Shown here: positions 16,535 through 27,440 of the stretch, in pieces
Position numbering within the stretch: the stretch's first letter is position 1
Layout of the letters: each line of letters opens with the position of its first letter
Assembly: GCA_040768745.1 (NCBI GenBank)
Contig: JAXGMI010000001.1
Span: forward strand, 768,001 to 832,000
Reading direction: 5' to 3'
Origin: Desulfomicrobium sp.
GTDB taxonomy: Bacteria > Desulfobacterota > Desulfovibrionia > Desulfovibrionales > Desulfomicrobiaceae
Length of the DNA: 64,000 nt
The notes under the pieces: generated by a model
What the model was told of the DNA's origin: nothing
Databases searched by the model: none
The model's input: the letters and a program-made list of their open reading frames with translations, nothing else
Program-made: the position numbers and the translations under genes

Positions 16535-19500
16535 GCGACATGGCTCTCTCCCTAAAGATCCAGGCCGATGCCAAGCAAACCATGGCCGAGCTGAAGGCCC
16601 TTGTGGCCCAGGTGAAGCTGTCGGGCCGAGAGGCTACGGCCGCGGAGCGGGAGGCCATCAACGCCGCGCGCGAACGGGTCAAGGAGACGCGGGCCGTGGC
16701 ACTGGCCCAGCGCGACATGGGCACCCTCGGTGTGCGGTCCACCAAGGCCATCAAGGAAGAGATGGACCAGGTGAACGCCGCCCTGGACCGCCTCAAGAGA
16801 TCGAGCAGCGCGGCGGGAACGGACCTGGCCCGCGCGACCCAAGCCGCCAAGGTCAAGATGTCCGAGTTGAAGGCCGAGATGTCCGGCACCGTCAGTGCCT
16901 CGGACCAACTGCGGGACGCTTGGGGGCAGCTGGCCGGCCTGGTCGCCGGACTGGCTGCGTTCGGCACGGCGGCCAGGGAGGCCATCCAGTTCGAGAGCGC
17001 CCTGGTGGATCTGCGCCGTGCCGCCGGCGTGACCAGCGACGAGGCCCGGGAGATGGGCAAGGAGTTCCAGGACCTGGCCGTCAAACTGGGCATGAGCGCG
17101 GTGGCCATCACGCAGCTGGCCACGGAAGCGGCCAAGACCGGCGTGGCTAAGCGCGATCTGCTGGAGTTCTCGCGGATCGCTGCCACGGCGGCCATGAATT
17201 TTGACATGCTCCCCGAGGAGGCCGGCAACGCCCTGGCCAAGCTCAAGAACATCCTCGGCCTGGGCGTGAAGGACATGGAAGCCTTCGTGGCCACCCTGAA
17301 CGAGCTGGCCGACAACGCCGCCACCAGCGAGCGGGACATCATCGAGGCCCTGAAGCTGGGCGGTGGATCCGCGATCCAGTTTGGCCTGACCGCCAGGGAG
17401 TCCGCGGCTTTGGCCACGGCGTTCCTGGACCTGGGCGCGACATCGGAGCAGGCCGGCACGGCCATGCGCACCCTGCTGGGCAGATTGCGCCTTGCGTCCT
17501 CCGGAACTGGCGAGGCCGGCAAGGCTCTGCAGCGAGTTGTCGGCGACGCGCGGAAGTTCGCCCAGGTCATGGCCGTGGACGCCAGCGGAGCGCTGCAGCA
17601 GTTCATGGAGAAGCTGAAGGAGATGCCGTCGGCGCAACGCTTCGAAGTATTGCGGGACATCTTCGCCGAAGGCCTGGACACGGAGAATATCTCCAAGCTG
17701 GCCGGCGGTGTCGACCGGTTGACAGCGGCCATGGGCCGGGCGGCCAAGTCCGATGACGAGCTGATCCAGGGCTTGCGCGACCTGACGAACATGAAGCTCG
17801 AATCCACCTAGTCCGAGCTGAACAAGATGGGCGCAGCCTGGCGCAATGCCGGCTCGGCTGTCGGAGAACTCTTCCTGCCGATGATTCGAGCGACAGCCAT
17901 CGCCCTGGTGGCCGTGGCCGATGCCATCAGGACGTTGATCGATGTGGCCCCGAACCTGACCAGGTTGGTTACGGTCGGCGCGATGATCGCCTTGGCCTGG
18001 GCCCCGCTCAAACTGCTCTTTTCAGGGCTTGGGCCGGCGCTGACGCGTCTCGGGTCCGTAGCCGTCGCCGTTGGATCAGCGTTATGGAAGTTTTTTTCGG
18101 CGACGAGCGCCGGGGTTACGATCCTTGGGGGTGCCCGCGTCGCTATGGCAACCCTGGGCCGAGCCATCGTGGCTATGCTCGGTCCAATCGGGTGGGCACT
18201 CTCGGGCCTGACGCTCCTCTGGTCCGCCTGGAATTGGTTCAAAGAAGACGACCAGGCAAAGGCCATGGCTGAACGAGCTGCGGCATTCGATGATGTGGGC
18301 TCTGCCCTGAAAGGCGTCGGGACCGCTGCTGACCAGGCAAAGAACCAGATCCAGCTGGCCATGGAGGAGGCGACGGCGCCCATCGAGGCCCTGGTTGCGA
18401 ACTACAAGACGGCCACCGAGCAGATCAAGACGACCCTTGCCGACCGGCTGCTGGCCATCGACGACGCGGCCAAGCGGGAACTGGAGGTTGTGCAGACTGC
18501 TGGCCTGAGCCAGCGTGACCAACTGCGAGAAACGGCCCGGATCACGCTCGAAGCCGAGAATCAGAAGGTCGACGCCATCCGGACGGCCGGTCAGGACATG
18601 GAGCGCGCCTGGCAGACGACCTATGGCCGGGCCCTGGAGATAGCACGCGCCGCCGGCATGGACACGGTGAAGCTGGAGCAGGACGCCACCGACGCCAAGA
18701 TCGAGATCTACAAGCAGCTGGAAGCAGGATACCGCAAGACCGTCGATGCCCTCATCGCCGAGGAGCAGCGGCACCTGAGGGCCGTGCAGGAGATCGAGAA
18801 CCAGCGGCTGCTGCTGAAAATGTCCGTCGAGGATAGGATCCGCTCGCTGAAGCAGAAGACCATGTCCGACGAGCAGGCCTATGCCGACCGCGTCCAGCAG
18901 ATCGAGGACAAGCTGGCCAAGGCTCGGGAGGCATCGGCCAAGGGCCAGTCCGACATGGCCAAGCGGTATGCCGACGAGGCCATGGGCCTGGCGGAACGCA
19001 ATGCCCAGGAAGTGGTCCGGACGGTGGAGCAAGGCGGCCAGCGCGTCTCCACCACGGTGGTCACCCTGGAGCAGGCCGTGCGCACCAGCCAGGGGCAGAT
19101 CGAGCAGGCCTTCTCCATCCTGGACAGCGACCTGGCCAAGAACGCCCAGGACCGCGCGGAGATGGCCAGCGACACCAAGGCCAAGGCAGGCGAGGCCAAG
19201 AACGACCTGCAGGGCGTCCTGGAAAAGCTCCAGGAAATCAGGGCGGCCCAAGAGCAGAAGGTCGCGTTGCAGCTGGAGGCTGACGAAGCATCTGCGGCAG
19301 CGGCCCTGGAGAAATTGCGCGCTATCGCCGATGCCCAGACCATCCTGGCAAAGGTTGACGCGGATCTGGCTGCGGCCACGGCGAGCTTGCAGGCATGGAA
19401 GGATGCTCCGGACAACAAGGAAATGGCCCTGACCGCCAGGGTGGACCAGGCCAGCCTCGACGTGTCGGTCGCCAATCTCAAGACGGCCATGACCAATGCC

Positions 19501-20190
19501 GGCCTGCAGGTGCCCGCCGACCTGGACACCGCCCCGGCCAGGGAATCACTCGAAAAGCTGCACCAGATCCTCGACAGCACGAAGACGACCTCCAAGCACG
19601 ATGTGAAGGACAACGTCCCGGCCGTGAAGAAGGAGATCGATTCCTTGAAAGGCCGCAACACGTCCTCCACGCACACGATCTACGTGCGTCGAGTTGAACG
19701 CAACGCTGCAGGCGGGTGGGCCGGCGAGGCAGCCCAGAGCCTGGCCGATGGCGGCCGGGCCTGGCGCCGCTTCACGGGTACGGTCTTCGGCCCAGGGACG
19801 GGCACGTCGGACTCGATCCGCGCCATGCTGTCCCGCGGTGAGTTCGTGGTCCGGGAGCGGGCGACCAGGATCGTGTCCCAGGTGCTGCCCGGGTTCATCG
19901 AACGGTTCAACGCCGTGTCTTCGAAGACCGACTTGCAGCGCCTGTTCAGCAGTTTCGCGGGGGCGCTGTCCGCGCCGCAGCTCAAGTTGGCCGGCGGCGG
20001 CTGGGCCACGGCTCCGGTCATTTCATCCACGTCCGGAGCGCCCGGCGCATTCAGCGACACGATGACCTGGTTGATTCGCGCCGGCGAGAGCGAGGCCAGG
20101 ATCCGCGTCGTGGGCGCCGACAGCCGCCGCGATCTGCACGCCATCACCGACGAGCTGACCCGCGTGGGTCTGTTGAGGGGGACGAGATAA
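16531..20190 (+). pseudogene. Tail tape measure protein interrupted by in-frame TAG (17809-17811)
   Basis: ORFs 16531-17811 and 17827-20190 share one frame; TP901-type core and C-terminal GPGTGTSDSI.AMLS.GEFV motif. Confidence 0.88.
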
Positions 20191-20191
20191 C

Positions 20192-20686
20192 ATGGGCACA
20201 CGCTTCCGGCTGTATTCGACGGATGTCGACCCGACGCTGACCCCGGACCTTTACGGCACCGAGGAGCCGCCGGCAGAACCATCGGCCGTCCCCGCCGTCC
20301 TCATCCGATGGGATCATGACCCCATCGAGGGCGGAATCCAGGAAGCGCCTCCCGAGGGGCGCGGATCCGTCATCGAGACCGGAGACAATGGCATCGTGGT
20401 GCAGGACTTCGGCGTGCCGGACGGCGGCGGCACATTGACCATCCAGGGCAACGCACAGCCCGACGGGGAATTCCTGACGCCGGAGACGGTGGCCCTGTTC
20501 CGGGCCGCGTACAAGGCCGCCGACGTCGAGTACTACCTGACGGACGGCGTCCGCTGCTGGCGAGTTAGGTGGAGCCGCAAGCCGGCAGGTTTTAACGTCT
20601 GGATGTCCCAGTTCTGGGCGGAGCATGGCGTGATCGAGTACAGCTACGAGTTCGTATTCATTGTCATGGAGGAAATCGAGCTGTGA
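20192..20686 (+). CDS. Putative distal tail protein
   Basis: Directly after the tape measure gene; phage-like codon usage. Confidence 0.6.
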   Translation: MGTRFRLYSTDVDPTLTPDLYGTEEPPAEPSAVPAVLIRWDHDPIEGGIQEAPPEGRGSVIETGDNGIVVQDFGVPDGGGTLTIQGNAQPDGEFLTPETVALFRAAYKAADVEYYLTDGVRCWRVRWSRKPAGFNVWMSQFWAEHGVIEYSYEFVFIVMEEIEL

Positions 20687-23600
20687 AGCCGTGGCGCGTC
20701 ATCCTGAACGGCGTCGACATCACGCGGAAGGTGTCTCGGGTGCAGACTCGGAGCGAGGCAGAGAATATCTGCCTCGAAGCCGAGGTGACCATCGCCGATC
20801 CGTCGATCCTCGATGGCATTGTTTTGCCGCGGGTGCCGCAGGTCCTGGCGATAGAGGTCGACGCGCTGGTAAATGGATCCTGGGTGAGTCGCGGCGCGTA
20901 TTACCTGGAGCAGATCGGCCACGCCCTGGAGCAGAACTCTCACTTGGCCACGGTCTGGGGCCGCAGTCTGAGCGCCCGGCTGACGACGCCATGGGCCCAG
21001 AAAATTTCCCGCCAGTGGGGCGTGGCGAAGACCATCGACGAGATCCTGTCCGAGCTGTCCGCGATGTGCGGTGTGGCCATTTCGATTCAAAATGATTTTC
21101 CGATCTGCCAGTACTGCTACGCGGTGTCGGACTGGTACCCGAGCCAGATCGTTCAGGATTTGGCCGAACGGTCCGGCCAGATCTGCTGGCCGCAGATCGA
21201 CGGGTCGCTCCTGATCGCGCCCAGGTTGTGCCGCGACCTGCCGGCGCCGGTGGTCACCCTGGTCGCCAATCAGATTGAGGTACAGGGTGTCCGCAGGCAG
21301 GTGCCCGATTTTGGCAACCGCATCTTGGTTTCCGGCGACGCTGCAGTCGCTGGCTTGTCAGTGCAGGTCGTGCCGCTGTCCGATGAAGATGCATGCGTTG
21401 TCGCTGACGGTCAATCCGCCGTTCGGCTCATCGCCATTGTTCTCGGCGCGGACGGATTGCCGGTTGCACTTGGGACAGTGGTCACATGGTCCGCATCATC
21501 CGGGCTCATGTCAGCAGCGACGAGCCAGACTGCAGAAGTCATGCGACAAGGCGAGGCTCATAAAGCTGACAGCTACACCAGCATCACGCTGGATATGCCT
21601 GCCGTTTCCGTTGTAGGCGTCTATGCCCGCAAAGACACACGGCGCGTTACGAACCTGTACCGGCAGCGAGGTGGCTCGGTGTCTGGCCGTGTCATCACAT
21701 TTGCGGCCCCGCTCGACTACTTCGATCAGGCTGTTATTGTTGACTACATCGTTGCAGGAGCACCGATCACATGGACGGCTGGATGGGTCCCTGGCGATGT
21801 GACGGTGCTTGCATCCGTTGCTGGGGCGCAAGGCTATGCAACGATTCACCAGAGCAACCCGACGGCCTGTCAAACGCAGATTTCGCTTGAAGCTGTTCCA
21901 TCGTCGCCATGCCTGGGCGATACGGTCACGATTTTTCTCAAAGCAACAATGTTCGGAGGAGCTGGCGTTGGCACAGCAACCTTTGACATCCAGGGGTGCG
22001 GATCGATTTCGAGTACGCGAACAGCACTACAGCCTCAGCAGATTACAGAGACATTGAGGACAAGCATTTGGGGCGGGGCTGCGGAGGTGCGGCTGTCCGC
22101 CGTTCCTGCCGCTGGGTCTGTTCCTGTCGTCTATGAGGTGGGCACGACAACACCTAACCTTTACGCCTCGCACAAAGGGCAGACTGTCATCCTCAACAAC
22201 GCAGCGATACTTCCGGGCACGCAGGTTGCGGTCACCTACGTTGCAGGCGGAACGGCGGCGATCACGTGGACGCCGTCTGCGCTGCCGAGCGGCAACGAGT
22301 ACATCGCAGACTCTTTGCTCGTCACGCATGCTGGAGAGGCACCAAATACTGTCGCACAGGTCACGCTAACTCGCACGCCGGTTTCTGCGCCTCTATGCGT
22401 CCCGACGATGGAGATTGGCGATTTTTACGCCTCGCATAATGGGAAAGTGGTCACGCTGCTTGAAGATAATGGCGTCATCCTCCCGGTGGGCACGCTGGTG
22501 TATTGCTCGTATCAGTCTGTTTGGGGCACGCAGCCTGGATGCTCTGCAATCATTACTGTGCGTGTTGAGGACGGCAGCGAGGACGGAGGTCGCGGGCAAC
22601 TATCGGTCACGGCGCGAGACTGTCGTACCGTCGTAACGGACGGGACGTATGACCCGAATGACCCGACGCAGATACCAGACGAGGTGTTAGGAGGGGGCGG
22701 CTCCGTAAGCCCGCCTGATCTCGAAGATGAAGAGGATATGACTGTAACGCCAAACGGATGCAATACAGGATCTATCAACGCCCGCACGCCCGTCATAAAT
22801 GCCCAAAACTCCACCTCTGTTTTCGGTGTGCCTTCAGTCGAGCAGTGCCCCGGCAACTGCACGTGTGACGAGATTTGCACGGCCCTAAGAAACACGGGTC
22901 GCTTATCCGCTGAAGGCAATATGACGTGGTCGACATGCATGACCGCCTGTAATGCTGCGCGTGCTCAACAGTGCAACTCTTGCACGCTCTCAGGGCCGTC
23001 TACACTCGAACCAGGGGCCGAGGGTACCTGGACGGACAACAAGGGCAATTCCGGTGAGTGGACTGGCGCTCTTTCTCTTATTGAACGCACATCGGCAGGT
23101 TACAAGGCCAAGATGCCTACCGGGGGCGCAGGTCCTTTCACCGTGCAAGTTTGCTACGGTGGGGACGCTCGCCAGTGCTGTGAGGCTCAAGTTGCATTTC
23201 CTCCCTGTTCTCTAACTGGTCCGTCAGAACTTTCCCCGGGGCAAGAGGGTGAATATGTTCCATCGCTTGGAATGAGTGCGGCATCGGCGGTTGCATCGAG
23301 CATGAACATAGTACGGAAAACAGAAACGGCTTTTATTGCCGCGCTTTCCAGCGGCAAATGCAGTGGGTCGATAAGTGTTTCTTACGGCGGGCGTTTGTGC
23401 GGACTGCAGATTGTGTCGTCCACGTTGAATAACGACACTATGGTCGCTGTCGGCCCAGCAGAGCTTCAGCCGGGGGAGAGCGATTATTTCGCCGTAGGCA
23501 CTGGCAGCGGCAATCTGGATGGGCTGACCTACACCGGCACTCTGGAGATGGTGTCGCACGCCGGCGGTGGCGCGATACTACGCATGCCTAACGGGGCGAG

Positions 23601-23937
23601 TGGTAGCTACACGGCCAGTTGGACGGCGAGTTGTGGGCGGAGTGCGAGCGTGAGTGTAATTGCTGCACAAGGATCTTGTATTGGTGCAAGAAGTCGAGGC
23701 TGTGGTGACATCCCGGAGTATGTCAGAGCCGGACCTGGAGGAGCATGTGCTGTTGTTGGGGCTGGTTCTGCTGGGTGGTGCAGCGCTGCTGTTGGATGCT
23801 GGATGACAGAGGCAATATGTGCATCTAATCTGCCTATGTTCAAGGGCAAACCATGTTTGTGCCAGTCCACGTCTGCGCTCCAGGGTGGGGATGATCCGCC
23901 AGCGAACGGGGGCACATTCGTGTTGATACCAGTATAA
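20683..23937 (+). CDS. Large tail tip/hub protein with Ig-like repeats and Cys-rich C-terminus
   Basis: 1084 aa; hub-like N-terminus, VADGQS.V Ig-like motif, three GP..L.PG repeats, many Cys. Confidence 0.7.
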   Translation: MKPWRVILNGVDITRKVSRVQTRSEAENICLEAEVTIADPSILDGIVLPRVPQVLAIEVDALVNGSWVSRGAYYLEQIGHALEQNSHLATVWGRSLSARLTTPWAQKISRQWGVAKTIDEILSELSAMCGVAISIQNDFPICQYCYAVSDWYPSQIVQDLAERSGQICWPQIDGSLLIAPRLCRDLPAPVVTLVANQIEVQGVRRQVPDFGNRILVSGDAAVAGLSVQVVPLSDEDACVVADGQSAVRLIAIVLGADGLPVALGTVVTWSASSGLMSAATSQTAEVMRQGEAHKADSYTSITLDMPAVSVVGVYARKDTRRVTNLYRQRGGSVSGRVITFAAPLDYFDQAVIVDYIVAGAPITWTAGWVPGDVTVLASVAGAQGYATIHQSNPTACQTQISLEAVPSSPCLGDTVTIFLKATMFGGAGVGTATFDIQGCGSISSTRTALQPQQITETLRTSIWGGAAEVRLSAVPAAGSVPVVYEVGTTTPNLYASHKGQTVILNNAAILPGTQVAVTYVAGGTAAITWTPSALPSGNEYIADSLLVTHAGEAPNTVAQVTLTRTPVSAPLCVPTMEIGDFYASHNGKVVTLLEDNGVILPVGTLVYCSYQSVWGTQPGCSAIITVRVEDGSEDGGRGQLSVTARDCRTVVTDGTYDPNDPTQIPDEVLGGGGSVSPPDLEDEEDMTVTPNGCNTGSINARTPVINAQNSTSVFGVPSVEQCPGNCTCDEICTALRNTGRLSAEGNMTWSTCMTACNAARAQQCNSCTLSGPSTLEPGAEGTWTDNKGNSGEWTGALSLIERTSAGYKAKMPTGGAGPFTVQVCYGGDARQCCEAQVAFPPCSLTGPSELSPGQEGEYVPSLGMSAASAVASSMNIVRKTETAFIAALSSGKCSGSISVSYGGRLCGLQIVSSTLNNDTMVAVGPAELQPGESDYFAVGTGSGNLDGLTYTGTLEMVSHAGGGAILRMPNGASGSYTASWTASCGRSASVSVIAAQGSCIGARSRGCGDIPEYVRAGPGGACAVVGAGSAGWCSAAVGCWMTEAICASNLPMFKGKPCLCQSTSALQGGDDPPANGGTFVLIPV

Positions 23938-23946
23938 GGTGAAAGC

Positions 23947-24441
23947 ATGCTGAATGATACTGAAAAGACTATTGTAAATCTTGACTACGTGCCCATGTCC
24001 AGTGTCCGAACTGCATATATCAATCGCGTGCGTTTGGAGCATGAGCGACATGACAAGATCAGTGCATGGTTTGATTCGAATGGTTTCGAGCTCCTGGACA
24101 TCCCCGCCGGCCAGCTCCTGACAGACGATGGCCGTGAGGTGCTGCGGGCGCACGGCAAAGCCTGGGCTCTCCGGCCAGAGGTGCATGCACGGCGACTAGC
24201 AGAGGCTATGGAGCAGGCCAGAAAATGTGATGCTGCACGGACAGAACAACAGCCACAGCAAGCACAGCCGACACCACCGCCCACAATCTGCACATCGCTG
24301 ATTGACGGGCAACTCTGCGGAGGCAATCTGGTTCTGGCTCCCGTCTGCCCGAATTGTGCGCTTGGGAAAAGCGGCGTGGCTGCAACCCTGACCTGTGATG
24401 TCTGCGGGCATGCGGCGGCAATTATGCGAGGTGACGGATGA
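23947..24441 (+). CDS. Hypothetical protein with C-terminal Cys cluster
   Basis: C...CGG...CPNC...CDVCGH. Confidence 0.7.
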   Translation: MLNDTEKTIVNLDYVPMSSVRTAYINRVRLEHERHDKISAWFDSNGFELLDIPAGQLLTDDGREVLRAHGKAWALRPEVHARRLAEAMEQARKCDAARTEQQPQQAQPTPPPTICTSLIDGQLCGGNLVLAPVCPNCALGKSGVAATLTCDVCGHAAAIMRGDG

Positions 24442-26369
24442 TCCGAGCGATACGGCCGAATGCAATGGCCCAGGATGACGCGAGCATGATCTCAGGGTGG
24501 AATGTTTCGCCAAATGTGGCCTATACGCTCGTCCTGTTCCCCGGCGCGGCATCCTGTGGTGTCCTGCTGTACGATGATGACGGCTCGGCGCTCATCGCAT
24601 CGGGCGCTGCACTGACCGGAACAGATAAGCCGGCTATACTGACCCCGCAGACTGGTCAGACGATCGGTATGGTTGACGAGGACCTCGGATGGCATCTGCT
24701 CCTCACGACTACAGGCGCCGCGGCACAACGCACGATCCGGATCGGCCCTGCAGTTGATCTGCCGGATGAGATCCACCCTGTCTATGGTGATGATGACCTG
24801 GCTCTGGCTCGCGCAACTGCTGCGATTGACGCGGCAGCGCACTACATCGGTGACATGACCGTGAGCTGTCCTCTCGGTCTCGGGGCTGGTCTCGGTGATG
24901 TCGTGAGTGTGCCAGTGGATGGCGTGGCGATTGTTGGTCAGGTTGAGTCGATCACTTGGACAGCGGCCCCGGATGGGGCAACGGAGCAGGCGGTGATCCG
25001 GCGGCATGTGGCTATCGCTCCGGAGTCGTTTGTGGAGGTCATCCCGCCGACGGTCGCGGATGACACAGGCACTTCCACGCATCTGGTCGGGACAAGCGGC
25101 AACGTGCTGGCCAATGACGAGGCTGGTTTGACCGTGGTGGCAGTGAATGGGCTGTCTGCCAATGTCGGTGAGGCCGTGGCTGGGGACAATGGCGGACTGT
25201 TTACGATTGCGGCAAATGGGGTGTGGTCATTCGACCCTGACGGTGACTTTGCGCTTTTGGAGGGCGCCGAGACTGCCGACACATCCGTCACATATCACGC
25301 CAGCGACGGAACGTCCGAAGCCAGGGCGACGGTGACAGTGACTGTATCCGCCGCAAATACCGCTCCGGTCGCGGTGGATGATGCTGGCGCAACACACGCT
25401 GAAGCGACGACAAGCGGCAACGTGTTGACCAATGACACTGACGCGGATGATGACGATCTGGTCGTCTCCAAAGTGGCAGGATCGGCGGGCAATGTCGGTG
25501 ATCCTGTTGCCGGGAGCAATGGCGGCTTGTTTACGATTGGGAGCGATGGCGCTTGGTCGTTTGATCCTGATGGCGACTTTTCAGATCTGACCGGCGAGCA
25601 GACTGCGACGACGAGCGTGACGTATCACGTCAGTGACGGGGAGGATGAGGACGAAGGAACGCTGACCGTAACAGTGAGCGCCGCGCCACTAGGCGACCCT
25701 CTGTGGGAGGATGTCGCGCTGCTTATCCAAGCACCGGAATCTGGATCAACTATCGTGGACGCGACAGGCAAGTCAGTTACTGCACAGGGCAACACCGCAG
25801 TCTCGACAGCTCTTGGATACCCGACGATCTATTTTGACGGCAATGGCGACCGGTTGGATGTAAGCTCGGCTGGAGGCTTCAATTTTCTGCATAATGGATC
25901 GAACTGGACGATTGAGTTTATTATTAATCCATCAGCAGTGACGGCAGATGAAGTCATTTTTGACACAGCGCGGGGGACAAGCGTCAATGCGGGGATTTAT
26001 CTCGGGTTCACATCTGGTGGAATATCCCTCCAAGTTTTTCGAGCTTCAAATAACTCCCCGGTCATCAACGCATCATTCAATTATACATTTTTGACAGGCA
26101 CTGCGTACACAGTCACCCTTGAATGGGACTTCTCGTTAACAACCGGAACTGTGAAGATGTATGTCAACGGAGTCTTTGTGACGCAGGCCGACAAAATATC
26201 TGGAAGAACACCATCAGCAGCAAATCACCAAACGGCTATGGTCGGCATGTTTTCTGCGTCATATCCTGCCTATTCTCTTTACGGACACCTCCGCCTGTTG
26301 CGAATAACCGAGGGTATCCGGTACGGTGCTGCTCATGATCCTGTAACCTGGCCTGCGCCCACATCATAG
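24438..26369 (+). CDS. Tail fibre/receptor-binding protein with two VCBS/cadherin-like repeats and a LamG-like domain
   Basis: Two ~100-aa repeats (SGNVL.ND...GGLFTI...G.WSFDP.GDF...TSVTYH.SDG), then YFDGNGD, WTIEF, MYVNG and LRIT.G.RY motifs. Confidence 0.78.
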   Translation: MIRAIRPNAMAQDDASMISGWNVSPNVAYTLVLFPGAASCGVLLYDDDGSALIASGAALTGTDKPAILTPQTGQTIGMVDEDLGWHLLLTTTGAAAQRTIRIGPAVDLPDEIHPVYGDDDLALARATAAIDAAAHYIGDMTVSCPLGLGAGLGDVVSVPVDGVAIVGQVESITWTAAPDGATEQAVIRRHVAIAPESFVEVIPPTVADDTGTSTHLVGTSGNVLANDEAGLTVVAVNGLSANVGEAVAGDNGGLFTIAANGVWSFDPDGDFALLEGAETADTSVTYHASDGTSEARATVTVTVSAANTAPVAVDDAGATHAEATTSGNVLTNDTDADDDDLVVSKVAGSAGNVGDPVAGSNGGLFTIGSDGAWSFDPDGDFSDLTGEQTATTSVTYHVSDGEDEDEGTLTVTVSAAPLGDPLWEDVALLIQAPESGSTIVDATGKSVTAQGNTAVSTALGYPTIYFDGNGDRLDVSSAGGFNFLHNGSNWTIEFIINPSAVTADEVIFDTARGTSVNAGIYLGFTSGGISLQVFRASNNSPVINASFNYTFLTGTAYTVTLEWDFSLTTGTVKMYVNGVFVTQADKISGRTPSAANHQTAMVGMFSASYPAYSLYGHLRLLRITEGIRYGAAHDPVTWPAPTS

Positions 26370-26378
26370 GAGTAACCA

Positions 26379-26633
26379 GTGCCTATAACTCCCTCGTCCA
26401 TCCTCCCTCGCCGCCAAGTCCCCGAGATCGCAACCGGCCCTGTCGTTGCGGTTGGTATCGGCTCGGTCTCGGTGCGGATTAGGCCAGACCTGACTGTACT
26501 TGTCCCGACACAGGCGCCCTACGCCGTGGGGCAAATGGTTAGTGTGGCGATACCGTCAGGCAATCTCTCGGCTGCGCAGATTATTGGCAGCGCGGCTGGG
26601 AATGCGCCAAGGATCAGGCAGGTTGTTGTTTAG
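26379..26633 (+). CDS. Small hypothetical tail-associated protein
   Basis: AGGAG RBS and GTG start; last gene of the late operon. Confidence 0.6.
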   Translation: MPITPSSILPRRQVPEIATGPVVAVGIGSVSVRIRPDLTVLVPTQAPYAVGQMVSVAIPSGNLSAAQIIGSAAGNAPRIRQVVV

Positions 26634-27133
26634 CGTTTCCGCTCGAAGGTGAGCTCCCAATTGCCCGTGGCTAGCACGTCGAAAAAGATCTCGTCATCGG
26701 CCTTGAGTACAACAGTCCGCTCTCCGCGCTGTGCCCCGATGTTGTTGAGCACGAGGTCCTTTTGGCCCTTCCTGGTGTGCATCCAGACTATGAAGTTCCC
26801 GCGGCCCTTGTAGGCATATCCGAGTGTATAGACCCCAGCTCTGTACCCGAACGGCTTCGTGTACTCGGAGTTCCGGCCCGAGTATGCCCCGCGGCTTTGG
26901 CGCCATTCCACGCCGCTCATGTCGACGTTGTCTCCCGGATCGATTCTATTCACAGGGACTGTTGGTCGCGCCGGAACATGGGGGACATAAGTCTCTGCAG
27001 GAGACGAGGAGCTTTTTCCCGGTTGAGGTGGCTCCGTGCTGTTCATGTATTGGCCGTTTGGCCCGAACATTTTAAACCCTGCATGTGCTGGCTGCGCGAA
27101 CATGATCAGGAAGACCAAGATGAAACGGGTCAT
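26630..27133 (-). CDS. Secreted/periplasmic moron protein
   Basis: Signal peptide MTRFILVFLIMFAQPAHA; beta-rich C-terminal domain (GNFIVW...GNWELTF). Confidence 0.75.
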   Translation of the reverse strand: MTRFILVFLIMFAQPAHAGFKMFGPNGQYMNSTEPPQPGKSSSSPAETYVPHVPARPTVPVNRIDPGDNVDMSGVEWRQSRGAYSGRNSEYTKPFGYRAGVYTLGYAYKGRGNFIVWMHTRKGQKDLVLNNIGAQRGERTVVLKADDEIFFDVLATGNWELTFERKR

Positions 27134-27294
27134 GATTTCCCCCAGTCCATCCCGCAGACGCTACAGACATTCGATTGCCCGTGATTTAGGGCCATGCAAC
27201 ATGGGCACGCTACCGGTTGGCTGTGGGGCTTCCAGATACATACACCCACAAAGATGACGGCCAGCAACACGGTCATGCCCGCTATCATGTACAT
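27130..27294 (-). CDS. 54-aa membrane-anchored zinc-ribbon protein (below the ORF-track cutoff)
   Basis: AAGGAG RBS; MYMIAGMTVLLAVIFVGVCIWKPHSQPVACPCCMALNHGQSNVCSVCGMDWGKS*; ATGA-coupled to the next gene. Confidence 0.7.
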   Translation of the reverse strand: MYMIAGMTVLLAVIFVGVCIWKPHSQPVACPCCMALNHGQSNVCSVCGMDWGKS

Positions 27295-27440
27295 CAGCCC
27301 CAACTCCTTTTTGTCGCGCCGATAACACGATTTTTCGGATTTGTCAGCAACAAAAGATGTCAGACATCAGGGCATTCGAAAGATGGGTAATCGAGGGGTG
27401 TTAGACAGGTCCAGGTTTGATCGATTTTTACGGGAGATGT

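Noticed and set aside
17809..17811. Genetic-code reassignment of TAG in the prophage
   Set aside because: Only one in-frame TAG; other phage genes end cleanly at TAG (11508, 13769, 15075, 15881).
20683..26633. Diversity-generating retroelement or invertible tail-fibre cassette
   Set aside because: No reverse transcriptase, invertase or near-identical TR/VR pair seen; the repeats are diverged protein domains.
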